This document shows, piece by piece, positions 40,474-50,490 of a stretch of DNA of 64,000 nucleotides. The notes under the pieces are model-generated. The model saw nothing but the letters and a program-made list of their open reading frames with translations, searched no databases and was not told the DNA's origin. The stretch comes from Candidatus Eiseniibacteriota bacterium (GTDB lineage Bacteria; Eisenbacteria; RBG-16-71-46), in assembly GCA_031364845.1 (NCBI GenBank), contig JANLWX010000231.1, positions 32,001 to 96,000 on the forward strand. Direction: 5' to 3'. The position numbers were made by a program, and so were the translations under genes. The stretch's first letter is position 1. Each line of letters starts with the position of its first letter.

Positions 40474-40827
40474 ATGTCGAGAAACGCCGTGCGTCGTATG
40501 GCTCGTGGGTTGTTGTTCGCCACCCTTCTGCTCGCGGGCTGCAAGGGCGGCGGCGTGACGCCGATCAAGACGCTGCTCGACGATCCCTCCCAGTACGATC
40601 ACAAGACGGTTCGCATCGCGGGAACGGTCGAGGAGTCGGCCGGCATTCTCGGATACGGCGGCTATCGCCTGAACGACGGCACCGGCACACTCATGGTGGT
40701 GACGAATCAGGGTGGCGCACCTCGGACCGGTGCGAAGGTCGGAGTCGAAGGCGAGTTCCGCTCGGCGTTCACGCTCGGAACCTCGACGATCGCTGCACTG
40801 GTCGAGAAGAAGCGCTACACGCCCTGA
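40474..40827 (+). CDS. OB-fold lipoprotein
   Basis: GAGGAGG RBS; lipobox LLAGC; 'YRLNDGTG.LMVV'. Confidence 0.75.
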   Translation: MSRNAVRRMARGLLFATLLLAGCKGGGVTPIKTLLDDPSQYDHKTVRIAGTVEESAGILGYGGYRLNDGTGTLMVVTNQGGAPRTGAKVGVEGEFRSAFTLGTSTIAALVEKKRYTP

Positions 40828-40873
40828 GTCCTTCACTCGCCGGCGTCCGGCTCGCCGGACGCGGCGAGTCTCG

Positions 40874-42082
40874 ATGACCTCCACGATCCCCACCGCAGAT
40901 CCTCGCGAGCGCTGGCGCATCCTCGGCGTGCTGGCCATCGCCGAACTGCTCGGCATGTCGTTGTGGTTCGCGCCGAACGCGGTGCGCGACGTGCTCGGCG
41001 CGCGATGGGCGCTCGATGCCGGGCAGCTCGGGATGCTGACCACCGCCGTCCAGCTCGGCTTCGTGGCCGGTACGGCGACCGCCGCGACGCTCAACCTCGC
41101 CGACCTGTGGCCGTCGCGGTACTACCTCGCGGGTTCGGCACTGCTCGCGAGTGCTGCGAACCTCGCGTTGCTCCCTGCTCCGGGATTCGGCGTCGCGTTG
41201 TTCGCGCGGTTCTTCACGGGCTTCTTCCTTGCAGGCGTGTATCCGCCCGGCATGAAGATGACCGCCACCTGGTTTCAGAGCGGACGCGGGCTCGCGATCG
41301 GGATCATGGTGGGCGCTCTGGGAGTCGGAAAAGCCATGCCCTACCTGGTTCATGCGATCGGCACGCCCAGCGTCGAATTCGTGATCGTGACCACGTCACT
41401 GGGTGCGCTGCTCGCCGGAATCCTCGTCGCGGCGCTCTATCGTGACGGTCCGTTTCCGTTCGAGCGGCGGCCGTTCGACCTGCGCCTGGTTGCGACCGTG
41501 CTGCGCCATCGCGAAACCCGCCTCGCGACTGCGGGATATCTCGGCCACATGTGGGAGCTGTACGCGATGTGGACGTGGATCCCCGCGTTTCTTGCCGCGA
41601 GCTTCGCCCATTCCCCGGGCTTCGCATCACCACACGCCGCCGACCTCGCGACCTTCGCAGCACTCGCGTCCGGCGCGATCGGCTGCGTATGGGGCGGCAT
41701 CGCCGCGCGCCGGCTCGGCTACGCGCGCGTGGTCACGATCTCGATGGCGGCGAGCGGTGTGTGCGCGCTCGCGATCGGACTCCTGTTCGGCGCGAGCCCG
41801 TGGCTCGTGATCGCGGCGGTTTGCGTATGGGGATTCTTCGTGGTCGCGGACTCCGCACAGTTCAGCGCCATGGTCACCGAAGTCGCGCCGCGCCATGCGG
41901 TCGGCACTGCGCTCACGCTGCAGACCTCGATGGGATTCCTGCTCACGACCGTGACGATCGCGCTCGTCCCGATGCTGGTGGAAGCGATCGGATGGCGCTG
42001 GGCGTTCGTCGTGCTGGCGCTGGGGCCCGCGTTCGGCATCACGGCGATCGCGCGGCTCGGGGTCGGAACGAAGCGCCCCTGA
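40874..42082 (+). CDS. MFS transporter
   Basis: ~12 TM; 'VQLGFVAGT', 'YPPGMK', 'GHMWELYAMW', 'ADSAQFSA'. Confidence 0.9.
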   Translation: MTSTIPTADPRERWRILGVLAIAELLGMSLWFAPNAVRDVLGARWALDAGQLGMLTTAVQLGFVAGTATAATLNLADLWPSRYYLAGSALLASAANLALLPAPGFGVALFARFFTGFFLAGVYPPGMKMTATWFQSGRGLAIGIMVGALGVGKAMPYLVHAIGTPSVEFVIVTTSLGALLAGILVAALYRDGPFPFERRPFDLRLVATVLRHRETRLATAGYLGHMWELYAMWTWIPAFLAASFAHSPGFASPHAADLATFAALASGAIGCVWGGIAARRLGYARVVTISMAASGVCALAIGLLFGASPWLVIAAVCVWGFFVVADSAQFSAMVTEVAPRHAVGTALTLQTSMGFLLTTVTIALVPMLVEAIGWRWAFVVLALGPAFGITAIARLGVGTKRP

Positions 42083-42084
42083 TA

Positions 42085-43554
42085 TCAGATGTGTGACGCG
42101 AGCAGCTCCCGCCCACGCGCCGCGACCGCTTCGACGACCAGATCGAAGTCCTCGCGCCGGCTGCGATGGTTGACGATCGCGGCCCGCATTGCGTAACGGC
42201 CGTTCAGCATCGTCGAAGTCAGCACCGCGATGCCGCGCTCCTGAAGATCGATCAGGATCGTCTCGTTGAGCGCGTTGAGCCGCTGCTCGTCGAGGCCGTC
42301 CGCCCGGAACCGGAACACCGCGATGTTGAGCTCGACCGGCGCCATCAGTTCGAGATCGGGATGGTGCCCGACCTGTTCCGCGAGATACTGAGCCTGGGCC
42401 GCGTTCTGCTCGATCAATTGCGCGTAGCGGCGCACGCCGTGCTCCTTGAGCGACATCCATACTTTGAGCGCGCGGAAGCCGCGCGAAAGCTGCATGCCGT
42501 AATCGCTGAACCACACCGACCCGCCCGAGGTCCCGCGCGTCGCGTGCGTGAGGTAGTCGGCCGGTGACACGAATGCATTGCGATGTTGTGCCGCGTCGCG
42601 CACCAGCACGCAGCCGGCTTCGTACGGCATGTACATCCACTTGTGCAGATCGAACGCGAGCGAGTCGGCGCGTTCCATGCCGCGCACCTTGTGACGCAGC
42701 TGTGGTGACAACGCCGCCAGCGCGCCGAACGCGCCGTCGACGTGGAACCACAGATCTTCCGTCCGGCACAGATCGGCGAGGCGTTCGAGATCGTCGACCG
42801 CACCGGTGTTGACGGTCCCGGCATTGCCGACCACGCAGAACGGATGCAATCCCGCGGCACGATCGGAGCGGATCGCCTCGACAAGTGCGCCGTGGTCGAT
42901 CTTGAACGCCGCGTCCACCGGCACCACACGCACGCCCGCGCGTCCCAGTCCGAGCAGTGCCGCGGCCTTCTTCACCGAGTTGTGCACCTCGCTCGACGCG
43001 TAGAGCACCATCGGACGCGGTGCCGCCGCGAGCCCGCGCTCTCCGACCGCGACCTCGGCGCGCGCATCGCGCGCCACTGCGAGCCCGACGAAGTTCGCCA
43101 TCGAGCCGCCGCTCACGAGGATGCCGCTCGAGGCTTCGGGGTATCCGAGCATCTGCTTGCACCAGTCGAGCACCTGGACTTCGACATGAGGTGCGGCGTG
43201 CTCGGCGCCGCCAACGTTGGGATTCATGGTCGCCGCGAGGTATTCGCTCAAAGCGCCCATCGGAGTTCCGGTTCCGATCACCCACCCCCAGAACCGCGGG
43301 TGGATGTTGCCGAGCGGATACGGCAGCACGAAGCGCTGGAAGTCCTGGTAAGCGCGCTCAGCGCCTTGCGGCTCGAGCGGCAGCGGCGAACGCAGGGCAT
43401 CGAGTGCTTCGGCCGACAGCGGCTGCCACGCCGGCCGCTCTCGGACGGTGGCGAGATAGGTGACCATATCGTCGACCGCGCGATGCGCGAGCGCGCGGAA
43501 CGCGTCCCAGTCCGCCGGGTCGAGGGTGATTTCGGTCGCGGAGTGCGCGGGCAT
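42085..43554 (-). CDS. PLP-dependent group II (aromatic-L-amino-acid-type) decarboxylase
   Basis: HPRFWGW, SGGSMAN, AGTVNTGAVD, HVDGAFG, DLHKW (PLP lysine); start at MPAHS uncertain because the ORF is open to 43935. Confidence 0.9.
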   Translation of the reverse strand: MPAHSATEITLDPADWDAFRALAHRAVDDMVTYLATVRERPAWQPLSAEALDALRSPLPLEPQGAERAYQDFQRFVLPYPLGNIHPRFWGWVIGTGTPMGALSEYLAATMNPNVGGAEHAAPHVEVQVLDWCKQMLGYPEASSGILVSGGSMANFVGLAVARDARAEVAVGERGLAAAPRPMVLYASSEVHNSVKKAAALLGLGRAGVRVVPVDAAFKIDHGALVEAIRSDRAAGLHPFCVVGNAGTVNTGAVDDLERLADLCRTEDLWFHVDGAFGALAALSPQLRHKVRGMERADSLAFDLHKWMYMPYEAGCVLVRDAAQHRNAFVSPADYLTHATRGTSGGSVWFSDYGMQLSRGFRALKVWMSLKEHGVRRYAQLIEQNAAQAQYLAEQVGHHPDLELMAPVELNIAVFRFRADGLDEQRLNALNETILIDLQERGIAVLTSTMLNGRYAMRAAIVNHRSRREDFDLVVEAVAARGRELLASHI

Positions 43555-44081
43555 GGTGTGAGATTCAACCGGGCGGTTCACCGTCCAGGCCTCTCGTGAT
43601 GCGCGAAGGGCGCCGATCACTCCCCCGCGCGGTCTGTTCGGCTCGTCGATCGAGGAATCAAGATAGTCGAATCCGCGCGTCCGTCGTACTGAACATCCCC
43701 GTGAAACTTCCGCAACCGGGGGTGGTTCGATCCGCGGAGTCTCGATCTCGGGCTCGCGGATTGGCGCCGGATCGGGTTTTGGCTCCTCGACCGGCCACGA
43801 AGTGCCCGGCTCTTTCATCGGAGGCTTCCGGCCCGGCTCACGGATAGGAGCGTGATCCGACCGCCCGGGTTCAACCGTTTCCGACTCCCCGTTCCGTGAG
43901 CCCGCTCGCGTGTTCCGGTTCGTACGCATGGTCATTTGCCTCCCCCCATGTCCCTTACGTTCATGCGGCGCGTGACTTGCAAAGGCGTAATGCAGGGCGC
44001 ACGCCAGCGCTAATTCTGATCGGAGTCGCGAAGGCCTCGTGTGAGGGTTGATTTCTTCTCAACTTACATCCCAATAGGTGC

Positions 44082-44873
44082 TTGCGCATGCATGTCAACG
44101 TTTCGATGGAACCATCGGTCCCCCGCGCCGGTGGTCCACGTGTGCACATTCAACGGGGACTCCCACACCCAGAATTACCAGAGACGTCCCTCCGGGCAGT
44201 ACGCCGGGCGGTCATCTTCGACATCGACGGTACTTTGGTGGACAGCAACGACGCTCACGCCTTTGCATGGGTCGATGCGCTCAAGGCTTCGGGATTCGCC
44301 ATCGCGTTCCCACGGGTTCGTTCACTGATGGGAATGGGACCGGAGAAGTTGCTGCCCGAACTCGCCGGGATCACGCTCACGAGTGCAATCGGGCGCCGGA
44401 TCCATCAGGCGCGCGGGGAATTCTTCGAATCCCGGTATCTCCGAACGATCCGGCCCTTCGCGCGAGCGCGGGAACTCGTGCTACGGATCCTCGACGCGGG
44501 TTTCGTGCCGGCGGTAATCAGCCACTCGAACCATGATCATGTCGATCGGCTGCTGATGTTGGCGGAGGTCGCCAGCCTGCTGAAACTACGCATTCTATCG
44601 GAGTCCTCCCCTGCGTCGCGGCCCCTGTCGGAGCTCATGTTTTTCTCGCTCCAGGCGCTGGGAGTCACGGCCGCGAGTGCCGTCGCCGTCGGAGCCACGC
44701 CCCATGGCATCGCCGCAGCGCAACGCGCCGGCGTGAGCGCGATCGCGTTGCGCTGCGGCGGATGGGACGACCACGAGCTGACGGGAGCGGCGGCCGTGTA
44801 TCAGGACGCCGCAGAACTTTTGTCACGATTCGACGACTCGATGCTTTCGGGTCAAGCTTATAAGGAGAGCTAG
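44082..44873 (+). CDS. HAD-family hydrolase-like protein (degenerate motifs III/IV)
   Basis: FDIDGTLVDS motif I; 'ASRP' and 'VGATPHG' where SKP and GDTPYD are expected; start uncertain. Confidence 0.7.
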   Translation: MRMHVNVSMEPSVPRAGGPRVHIQRGLPHPELPETSLRAVRRAVIFDIDGTLVDSNDAHAFAWVDALKASGFAIAFPRVRSLMGMGPEKLLPELAGITLTSAIGRRIHQARGEFFESRYLRTIRPFARARELVLRILDAGFVPAVISHSNHDHVDRLLMLAEVASLLKLRILSESSPASRPLSELMFFSLQALGVTAASAVAVGATPHGIAAAQRAGVSAIALRCGGWDDHELTGAAAVYQDAAELLSRFDDSMLSGQAYKES

Positions 44874-44893
44874 TGTCCATCTCAGGGAAAGTC

Positions 44894-45133
44894 ATGCACG
44901 ACTCGACGTTTATACGTGAATTATCGCCAGAGGAGCGCGCGATCGCGGTCCGTTCCCGAACGGGTGACCTGATGCCTGACGGTTCGGTGCTGTTGAAGAG
45001 CCCGGACATGGATCGCATGGGCCTGCGGGCGTTACGCGAGTGGATCGATCAGAAGATCGTGCGCGAGCACACGACGATCGCCCTCGGCACGCTGTCAGCG
45101 CTGCGGCAGGCGACGCGCGACGAGATCGTGTGA
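44894..45133 (+). CDS. Small hypothetical protein
   Basis: 79-aa ORF following the HAD gene; overlaps the yihY 3' end. Confidence 0.35.
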   Translation: MHDSTFIRELSPEERAIAVRSRTGDLMPDGSVLLKSPDMDRMGLRALREWIDQKIVREHTTIALGTLSALRQATRDEIV

Positions 45134-46045
45134 TGCTGCTTCGGCGAGCGGAACGTTCGGAGGCGCCGGCCCGCGCGCTGCAGGCGGCGTGACGACGACC
45201 TTGGGTTCCGCACGGCGCCGGACGAGTTCCTCGCACACGCTCGACATCTCGGCGCCGATCAAAAGAATCATCGCCGACAGGTAGACCCACAACAGGAACA
45301 GCATGACGGTTCCGAGTGCCCCGTAGAGCAGCTCGACCTGGCTCCAGTTGGCGACGTACCAGGTGAACCCGTGCTTCGCGAGCTCGAACAGAAGCGTGGC
45401 CACGAGCGCCCCGGGCCACACGTCACGGAAGCCATGCCGGACATTCGGCACGTAGCGGTAGAGAAACAGCAGCGCGACGAAAGAGATCAGCGCCGGAAAG
45501 GCGAAGGCGGCGGCACGCCACATCAAGTCGACCGTCGCCGAATGACCGCCCGTCACGATCACGCTCGCATTGCGCAGCGAGTGCAGCGCGATCGTTCCGG
45601 AAATCGAGATCGCGATCAGCAGCCCGAGCCCGACGACCGCGGCCAGATCGAGCAGATGCTGACGCACGAGGCTTCGCCCGCGCCGGATGCCCCACGCGAG
45701 ATTCAAGGAATCGCGGATCGTCCCGAACAGTCCGAGAGCGGGCCACAGGAGCCCGATGATTCCGAGGATCGTGAGCGGCGCGCTCGCATTGCTCACCGCG
45801 CGCAGCGAGTCGATCACGAGCCCGGCCTTGATCGGGACATTCGCGAGAACGCCTTCGAGCACGCGCTGCTGGATCTGGGGGACGCGGATCATGAATCCGA
45901 AAGTCGCGATCAGGAGCGCGACGATCGGGATCACCGAGAACAGAACGTGGTAGGCGATCGCGGCCGCCATCTGCGGGCACCGATCTGCGAGGAATTCGCG
46001 CGCGGTGCGTCGCAGGATCGTGGCAGTGGTCGAGAGGATGCTCAT
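45095..46045 (-). CDS. YihY/virulence factor BrkB family membrane protein
   Basis: MAAAIAYHVLFS, LYRYVPN, WPGALVA, YGALG..LLWVYLS. Confidence 0.9.
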   Translation of the reverse strand: MSILSTTATILRRTAREFLADRCPQMAAAIAYHVLFSVIPIVALLIATFGFMIRVPQIQQRVLEGVLANVPIKAGLVIDSLRAVSNASAPLTILGIIGLLWPALGLFGTIRDSLNLAWGIRRGRSLVRQHLLDLAAVVGLGLLIAISISGTIALHSLRNASVIVTGGHSATVDLMWRAAAFAFPALISFVALLFLYRYVPNVRHGFRDVWPGALVATLLFELAKHGFTWYVANWSQVELLYGALGTVMLFLLWVYLSAMILLIGAEMSSVCEELVRRRAEPKVVVTPPAARGPAPPNVPLAEAASHDLVARRLPQR

Positions 46046-47052
46046 GACCTGGTCCCCGGGCGGACCAGGGCGAGCAGGGCGCGCTCACTTCGCGCGAGTC
46101 CGCGGCCGCTGCCGCGCGTGATCGCCTCGGTGCTCGCGAAGTAACTTCGAGTCGGCAAGCCGCGCGCGTGTCGCTCGAGCAGCACGTCGAAGATATAGGA
46201 CGCGCGGCATACGGCCGGAGTGTTGCCGAGGTGGCAGGCCACGTCGCGGACGGCGGCCGTGATCTGACGGCGGCGCTCGCGCGGCGAATCGGCCGGGGGC
46301 GTCTTCGCGAGCGCGCATGCGCACAGGAGATTCGCCGCCCACGTCCGGAAATCCTTCGCGCTGAACGCCTCTCCCATGATCGCCTTGATGTACGCGTTGA
46401 TGTGCGAAGCCCGCACGTCGATCATCGCGCCGGTGTCATCGCGAAATTTGAAGACCTCGCCCGGAAAGCGCATCAGCTCCCGCACCAGACGTGCGACGCG
46501 GCGATGACGCAATTCGCGCTGATGCCGCTGTCGCGACTTGCCCATGAAATCGAATCTTACGAACTCGCCCGCCGTGGAAACATGGCGCCGGCCGAGCGTG
46601 GCGATTCCATAACTACCGTTCTGGCTCGCATACTGTTCGCTCCCCGGTCGCATGAAGCACGTGCTCAGAATCGTGAGAATTCCCGCGAGCACCTTTTCGC
46701 GCGGCAGTCCCGGAAGCGCGAGATCGCGGCGCACCGCTCTTCGCATGCTCGGAAGTGCTTCGAGAAAACGCGCGAGGCGCTGTTGCTTGCTCCGTTCACG
46801 TCGCGCGACGTGGGCGCGATGATACAGGTATTGCCAGCGGCCCGCGGCGTCGAGCCCCGCCGCCTGCACGCGTGATCGCGGCGATGGATGGATGGCGACG
46901 TCGGTCCAGGCCGGCGGAATGCGCAGCGCGTCGATTCGTTCGCGATCGGAGCGCGCGACACCCTTCCCATCCGCGCGGCGATAACGAAAGCCGCGCCGGG
47001 GCGAGCCTAATCGGCGAATCCCGGATCCCTGCAACCGTTCGATGATCGTCAT
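46042..47052 (-). CDS. DNA topoisomerase IB (bacterial/poxvirus-like)
   Basis: IPPAWTDV, GRWQYLYH, RPGS..Y, F.GKS, KDFRTW, LGNTPAVCRASY (catalytic Tyr). Confidence 0.92.
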   Translation of the reverse strand: MTIIERLQGSGIRRLGSPRRGFRYRRADGKGVARSDRERIDALRIPPAWTDVAIHPSPRSRVQAAGLDAAGRWQYLYHRAHVARRERSKQQRLARFLEALPSMRRAVRRDLALPGLPREKVLAGILTILSTCFMRPGSEQYASQNGSYGIATLGRRHVSTAGEFVRFDFMGKSRQRHQRELRHRRVARLVRELMRFPGEVFKFRDDTGAMIDVRASHINAYIKAIMGEAFSAKDFRTWAANLLCACALAKTPPADSPRERRRQITAAVRDVACHLGNTPAVCRASYIFDVLLERHARGLPTRSYFASTEAITRGSGRGLARSERALLALVRPGTRS

Positions 47053-47456
47053 GGCGCCCTCGCGAGTGCGCCGGCCCACAATCGGGAGGATCGTGCTTCG
47101 ACGCGTGTTCTTGCGCCCCGGCGCGGGGCCCGGACGATGACATGGAAATCACATCTCGCAGACTACAGCACGGTATGTGCCACTGCGATTCATTGGCATT
47201 GCGGCCTCAGCACGTCGAATCCACGCCTGCAGAGCCTTCGCCGCTGGCTGGACGCACACCGGCGAATGAAAAATCTGCCCGTGCGATGTAAGCCGGCGCA
47301 GTCCCGGCAGCGGTCAGAGTCCGCTCTCCGATGAAAAACCCGGGGAAACACACGGCGAGCCTGACCTGATGGCTGGCATGGAAGCTGCGAAACCGTGCGG
47401 CATTCGAGGTCCTTTCAGATCGTCATCGCACGACATCCAACCGAGGGAGCCACACC

Positions 47457-48617
47457 ATGGATCGTCCGCCTCTGCTCGCGTTCTCGAACGTCCGCTGGGA
47501 GTCGTCCTTCCAGCGTCCTCATCAGGTGATGACGCGCATGGGCAACCGCCGCAACGTCGTGTTCATCGAAGAGCCGTTGGTCGGCGGACCCTCGTCATGG
47601 ATGGAATCACTGCGCGTCGCCCCAGGAGTGCGTGTGTGCCGCCCCCATCTCGCAGCGCACGAGCCGGCGCCCGGCCACCAGCAGTTCCACGACCTCGACA
47701 CGATGCTGCGGTCCTTCCTGGATCGCGAGAACATCACCGACCATGCGGCGTGGCTCTACACTCCGTCCGCAGTCAAGCTTGCGCGCGGACTCGAGCCGCG
47801 CGCGATCATCTATGATTGCACCGACAGCGTGGGCGCACTCGACGACCTTCCCGCGGGCGACGAACGCGAGTTGCTCGCATGCGCCGACGCTGTATTGACG
47901 AGCGGTCCGAGCATCTTCCGCGCGCGCACCGACAGTCATCCGTTCGTGCGTTGCTTTCCCAACAGCGTCGATGTCGCACAGTTCGCCGCGGCACGTGAAG
48001 GTCCCGAGCCCGCCGATCAGAACGCCCTTCCCCGTCCGCGGATCGGTTATCACGGGCCGGTGGACGCGCGGATCGACTTCGCGATTCTGGACCAGATGGC
48101 GATCTCCCATCCCGAATGGGAGATCGTGCTCGCTGGGCCGGCAGTCGGCATCGACCCCTCTGACATTCCGCAGCACGCAAACCTTCATCACTTCGATCAC
48201 GTCGGTCATGCCGAGCTGCCGCGGTACATGTCGGGGTGGGATCTGTGCATTCTGCCGCTCGTGAGCAACGCATCGACGCGGTTCTTCAATCCGACGCAAG
48301 TGCTCGAAGGCCTTGCGGCCGATCGATCGGTCGTCTGCACGCCGATTCCCGATGTCGTCGAACTCCACCCGGACATCGTCTACTTCGGCGCAGAAGCCGG
48401 CGGCTTCGTCGCAGCTTGCGAAGACGCGCTGGGCGCATCGGTTGCCGATCGCGAAGCGCGCCGGGCGCGAGCCGTGCGCCAGCTCAAGCGCAGTTCGTGG
48501 GACGAGACCGTGCGTCGCATGGACGAGATCCTTCACTATCTCGGGGACTTTGGACGTGCGCGCGAAAGCATGCTGCAGACGCGGGCACCATGGACCTACG
48601 AAGCCCGCGTATCGTGA
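47457..48617 (+). CDS. Glycosyltransferase family 4-like
   Basis: RWESSFQRPHQVM, FIEEP, WLYTP, IYDC.D, PNSVD motifs of the glf-associated GT family. Confidence 0.8.
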   Translation: MDRPPLLAFSNVRWESSFQRPHQVMTRMGNRRNVVFIEEPLVGGPSSWMESLRVAPGVRVCRPHLAAHEPAPGHQQFHDLDTMLRSFLDRENITDHAAWLYTPSAVKLARGLEPRAIIYDCTDSVGALDDLPAGDERELLACADAVLTSGPSIFRARTDSHPFVRCFPNSVDVAQFAAAREGPEPADQNALPRPRIGYHGPVDARIDFAILDQMAISHPEWEIVLAGPAVGIDPSDIPQHANLHHFDHVGHAELPRYMSGWDLCILPLVSNASTRFFNPTQVLEGLAADRSVVCTPIPDVVELHPDIVYFGAEAGGFVAACEDALGASVADREARRARAVRQLKRSSWDETVRRMDEILHYLGDFGRARESMLQTRAPWTYEARVS

Positions 48618-48750
48618 GGGTTGCGCGTGCGCGCGTGCCGCGAGGCGCACGAGGCCTGGGCGCCAGGGGATCGCGCACGCGGCGCCGCGCTGCCCTGGTG
48701 TTTGGCCACAGTGCCTGGGGCCACACCGTTCGCCCATATTCGTACGCTTC

Positions 48751-50490
48751 ATGAGCCGCGCGCTTGGAATCGCGTGCGCCACCCTTGTGGCCGTGACCGG
48801 CTGGATCGTGTGCGCGCGTGCCGCCTCGCTCGACATCAGGCTCGCCGGAGTGCAGGGCGAGATGCGCCAGAACATCCTCTCCCATCTGTCGATCGATGAG
48901 CGCAAGAAGAAGGGGCTGACCGAAGCCGAAATCCGCGAAATCCACTCCGGCGCCGAACACGAGATCCTCGCGGCACTCGAACCGTTCGGTTACTACCGCC
49001 CGTTCGTGACGTCGCGGCTCGACCACAAAGGCTCGCGCTGGCAGGCCCGTTACGACATCGACATCGGCACGCCGATGCGCGTCGATTCGCTCGAGGTGAA
49101 GGTGACGGGCGACGGCGCCACAGACCTCCGCTTCCGGAAGCTGATCGCAGAATTTCCTCTGCACCGCGGCGACGTGCTGTCCCATGCCCTCTACGAACTC
49201 GGCAAGGATCGTTTCAAGCTCGCCGCACTGAACGGCGGATATCTCGACGCCCGCTTCGAATTGGCGGAGATCCGCATCGATCTCGCACGCTACTCGTCGT
49301 CGGTCTTGCTCCATTACACAACCGGACCTTTCTATCGTTTCGGTCCGACCACGTTCCACCAGGACGTGATCGACCCGCAATTGTTGCAGGGTTACGTGAA
49401 GTATCAGCGGGGTGACCCGCTCGACTTCAACAAGTTGATCGAACTCGAGCAGACGCTCGGCAACAGCCCCTATTTCAGCCGCATCGAAGTGCTGCCGCGG
49501 CGCGATCTCGCGATTGGCAACGAGATCCCGATCGTGGTCGATCTGGTGCCGAGCACTCCCGGCAAGTACACCTTTGGCGCGGGATACGGCACCGACAACG
49601 GTCCCCACACGCGCGCGATGGCCGAATTGCGCCGCATCAATCGCCGCGGCCATCGGGCTGAAGTGGACGGGTCGCTCTCGACCACGGTTCAGAGCCTGAC
49701 CGCGAACTACGTCATCCCGTGGCCCTATCCGCGCTCCGATGTCGTGACGCTCACGACCGGTTACGCGATCGAGAAGAACGTCGAAGCGGCCGAAGAGCGC
49801 ACGGCATTCGTCGGTGCCAGGCTCGCCCGGCTGTGGGCGGGGTGGCAGATGAACTACGGCGTGCAATACCGTCGCGAGCAATTCGAGATCGGGCTGGATG
49901 GCGGCAATGCGCGTTTCCTCGTGCCCTCGGCGAACTGGAGCAACGTCGTGTCGAACGATGCGCTCGATCCGACCAACGGACGCCGGCTCATCTTCAGCGT
50001 GAGCGGTGCGCACGAAAGCCTGCTGTCGACGGCCTCGTACGCCCGGCTCGAAGGTCATGCGCGCTGGATTCGCGCGTTCGGCAAACGCCATCGCCTGTTC
50101 GGGCGCGCCGAAACCGGACACACGTGGACGCCGTCGTTCCACGCGCTGCCGCCCTCAGCGCGCTTCTTCGCGGGCGGCGCGCAGAGCGTGCGCGGGTATG
50201 GGTTCCACACGCTCGGGCCGCGCGATGCGGCCGGCAACGTGACCGGTGGCCCCGTGCTGGCCGAGATCAGCCTCGAGTACGAGTATCGATTCCTCAAACG
50301 CTTCGGTGTGGCGACGTTCTTCGACGCCGGCAACGCCATGAACTCCTACCGTGATCGGATCGAGCAAGGTGCGGGCGGCGGCCTGCGCTGGCACTCACCC
50401 ATCGGTCTCGTGCGCGTCGACGCCGGATTCCCGCTCACAACCGAACGCAAGCGCCCGGAGTTCCACCTCTCGATCGGACCTGCCCTGTGA
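48751..50490 (+). CDS. tamA: Autotransporter assembly complex protein TamA (Omp85)
   Basis: POTRA-like 'ALEPFGYY', 'GAGYGTDNG', 'RFFAGGAQSVRGY', 'GLRWHSPIG', terminal 'HLSIGPAL'. Confidence 0.9.
   Translation: MSRALGIACATLVAVTGWIVCARAASLDIRLAGVQGEMRQNILSHLSIDERKKKGLTEAEIREIHSGAEHEILAALEPFGYYRPFVTSRLDHKGSRWQARYDIDIGTPMRVDSLEVKVTGDGATDLRFRKLIAEFPLHRGDVLSHALYELGKDRFKLAALNGGYLDARFELAEIRIDLARYSSSVLLHYTTGPFYRFGPTTFHQDVIDPQLLQGYVKYQRGDPLDFNKLIELEQTLGNSPYFSRIEVLPRRDLAIGNEIPIVVDLVPSTPGKYTFGAGYGTDNGPHTRAMAELRRINRRGHRAEVDGSLSTTVQSLTANYVIPWPYPRSDVVTLTTGYAIEKNVEAAEERTAFVGARLARLWAGWQMNYGVQYRREQFEIGLDGGNARFLVPSANWSNVVSNDALDPTNGRRLIFSVSGAHESLLSTASYARLEGHARWIRAFGKRHRLFGRAETGHTWTPSFHALPPSARFFAGGAQSVRGYGFHTLGPRDAAGNVTGGPVLAEISLEYEYRFLKRFGVATFFDAGNAMNSYRDRIEQGAGGGLRWHSPIGLVRVDAGFPLTTERKRPEFHLSIGPAL

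Noticed and set aside
48313..48750. N-terminal extension of TamA in the ORF track
   Set aside because: Overlaps the GT gene; the signal peptide begins at ATG 48751
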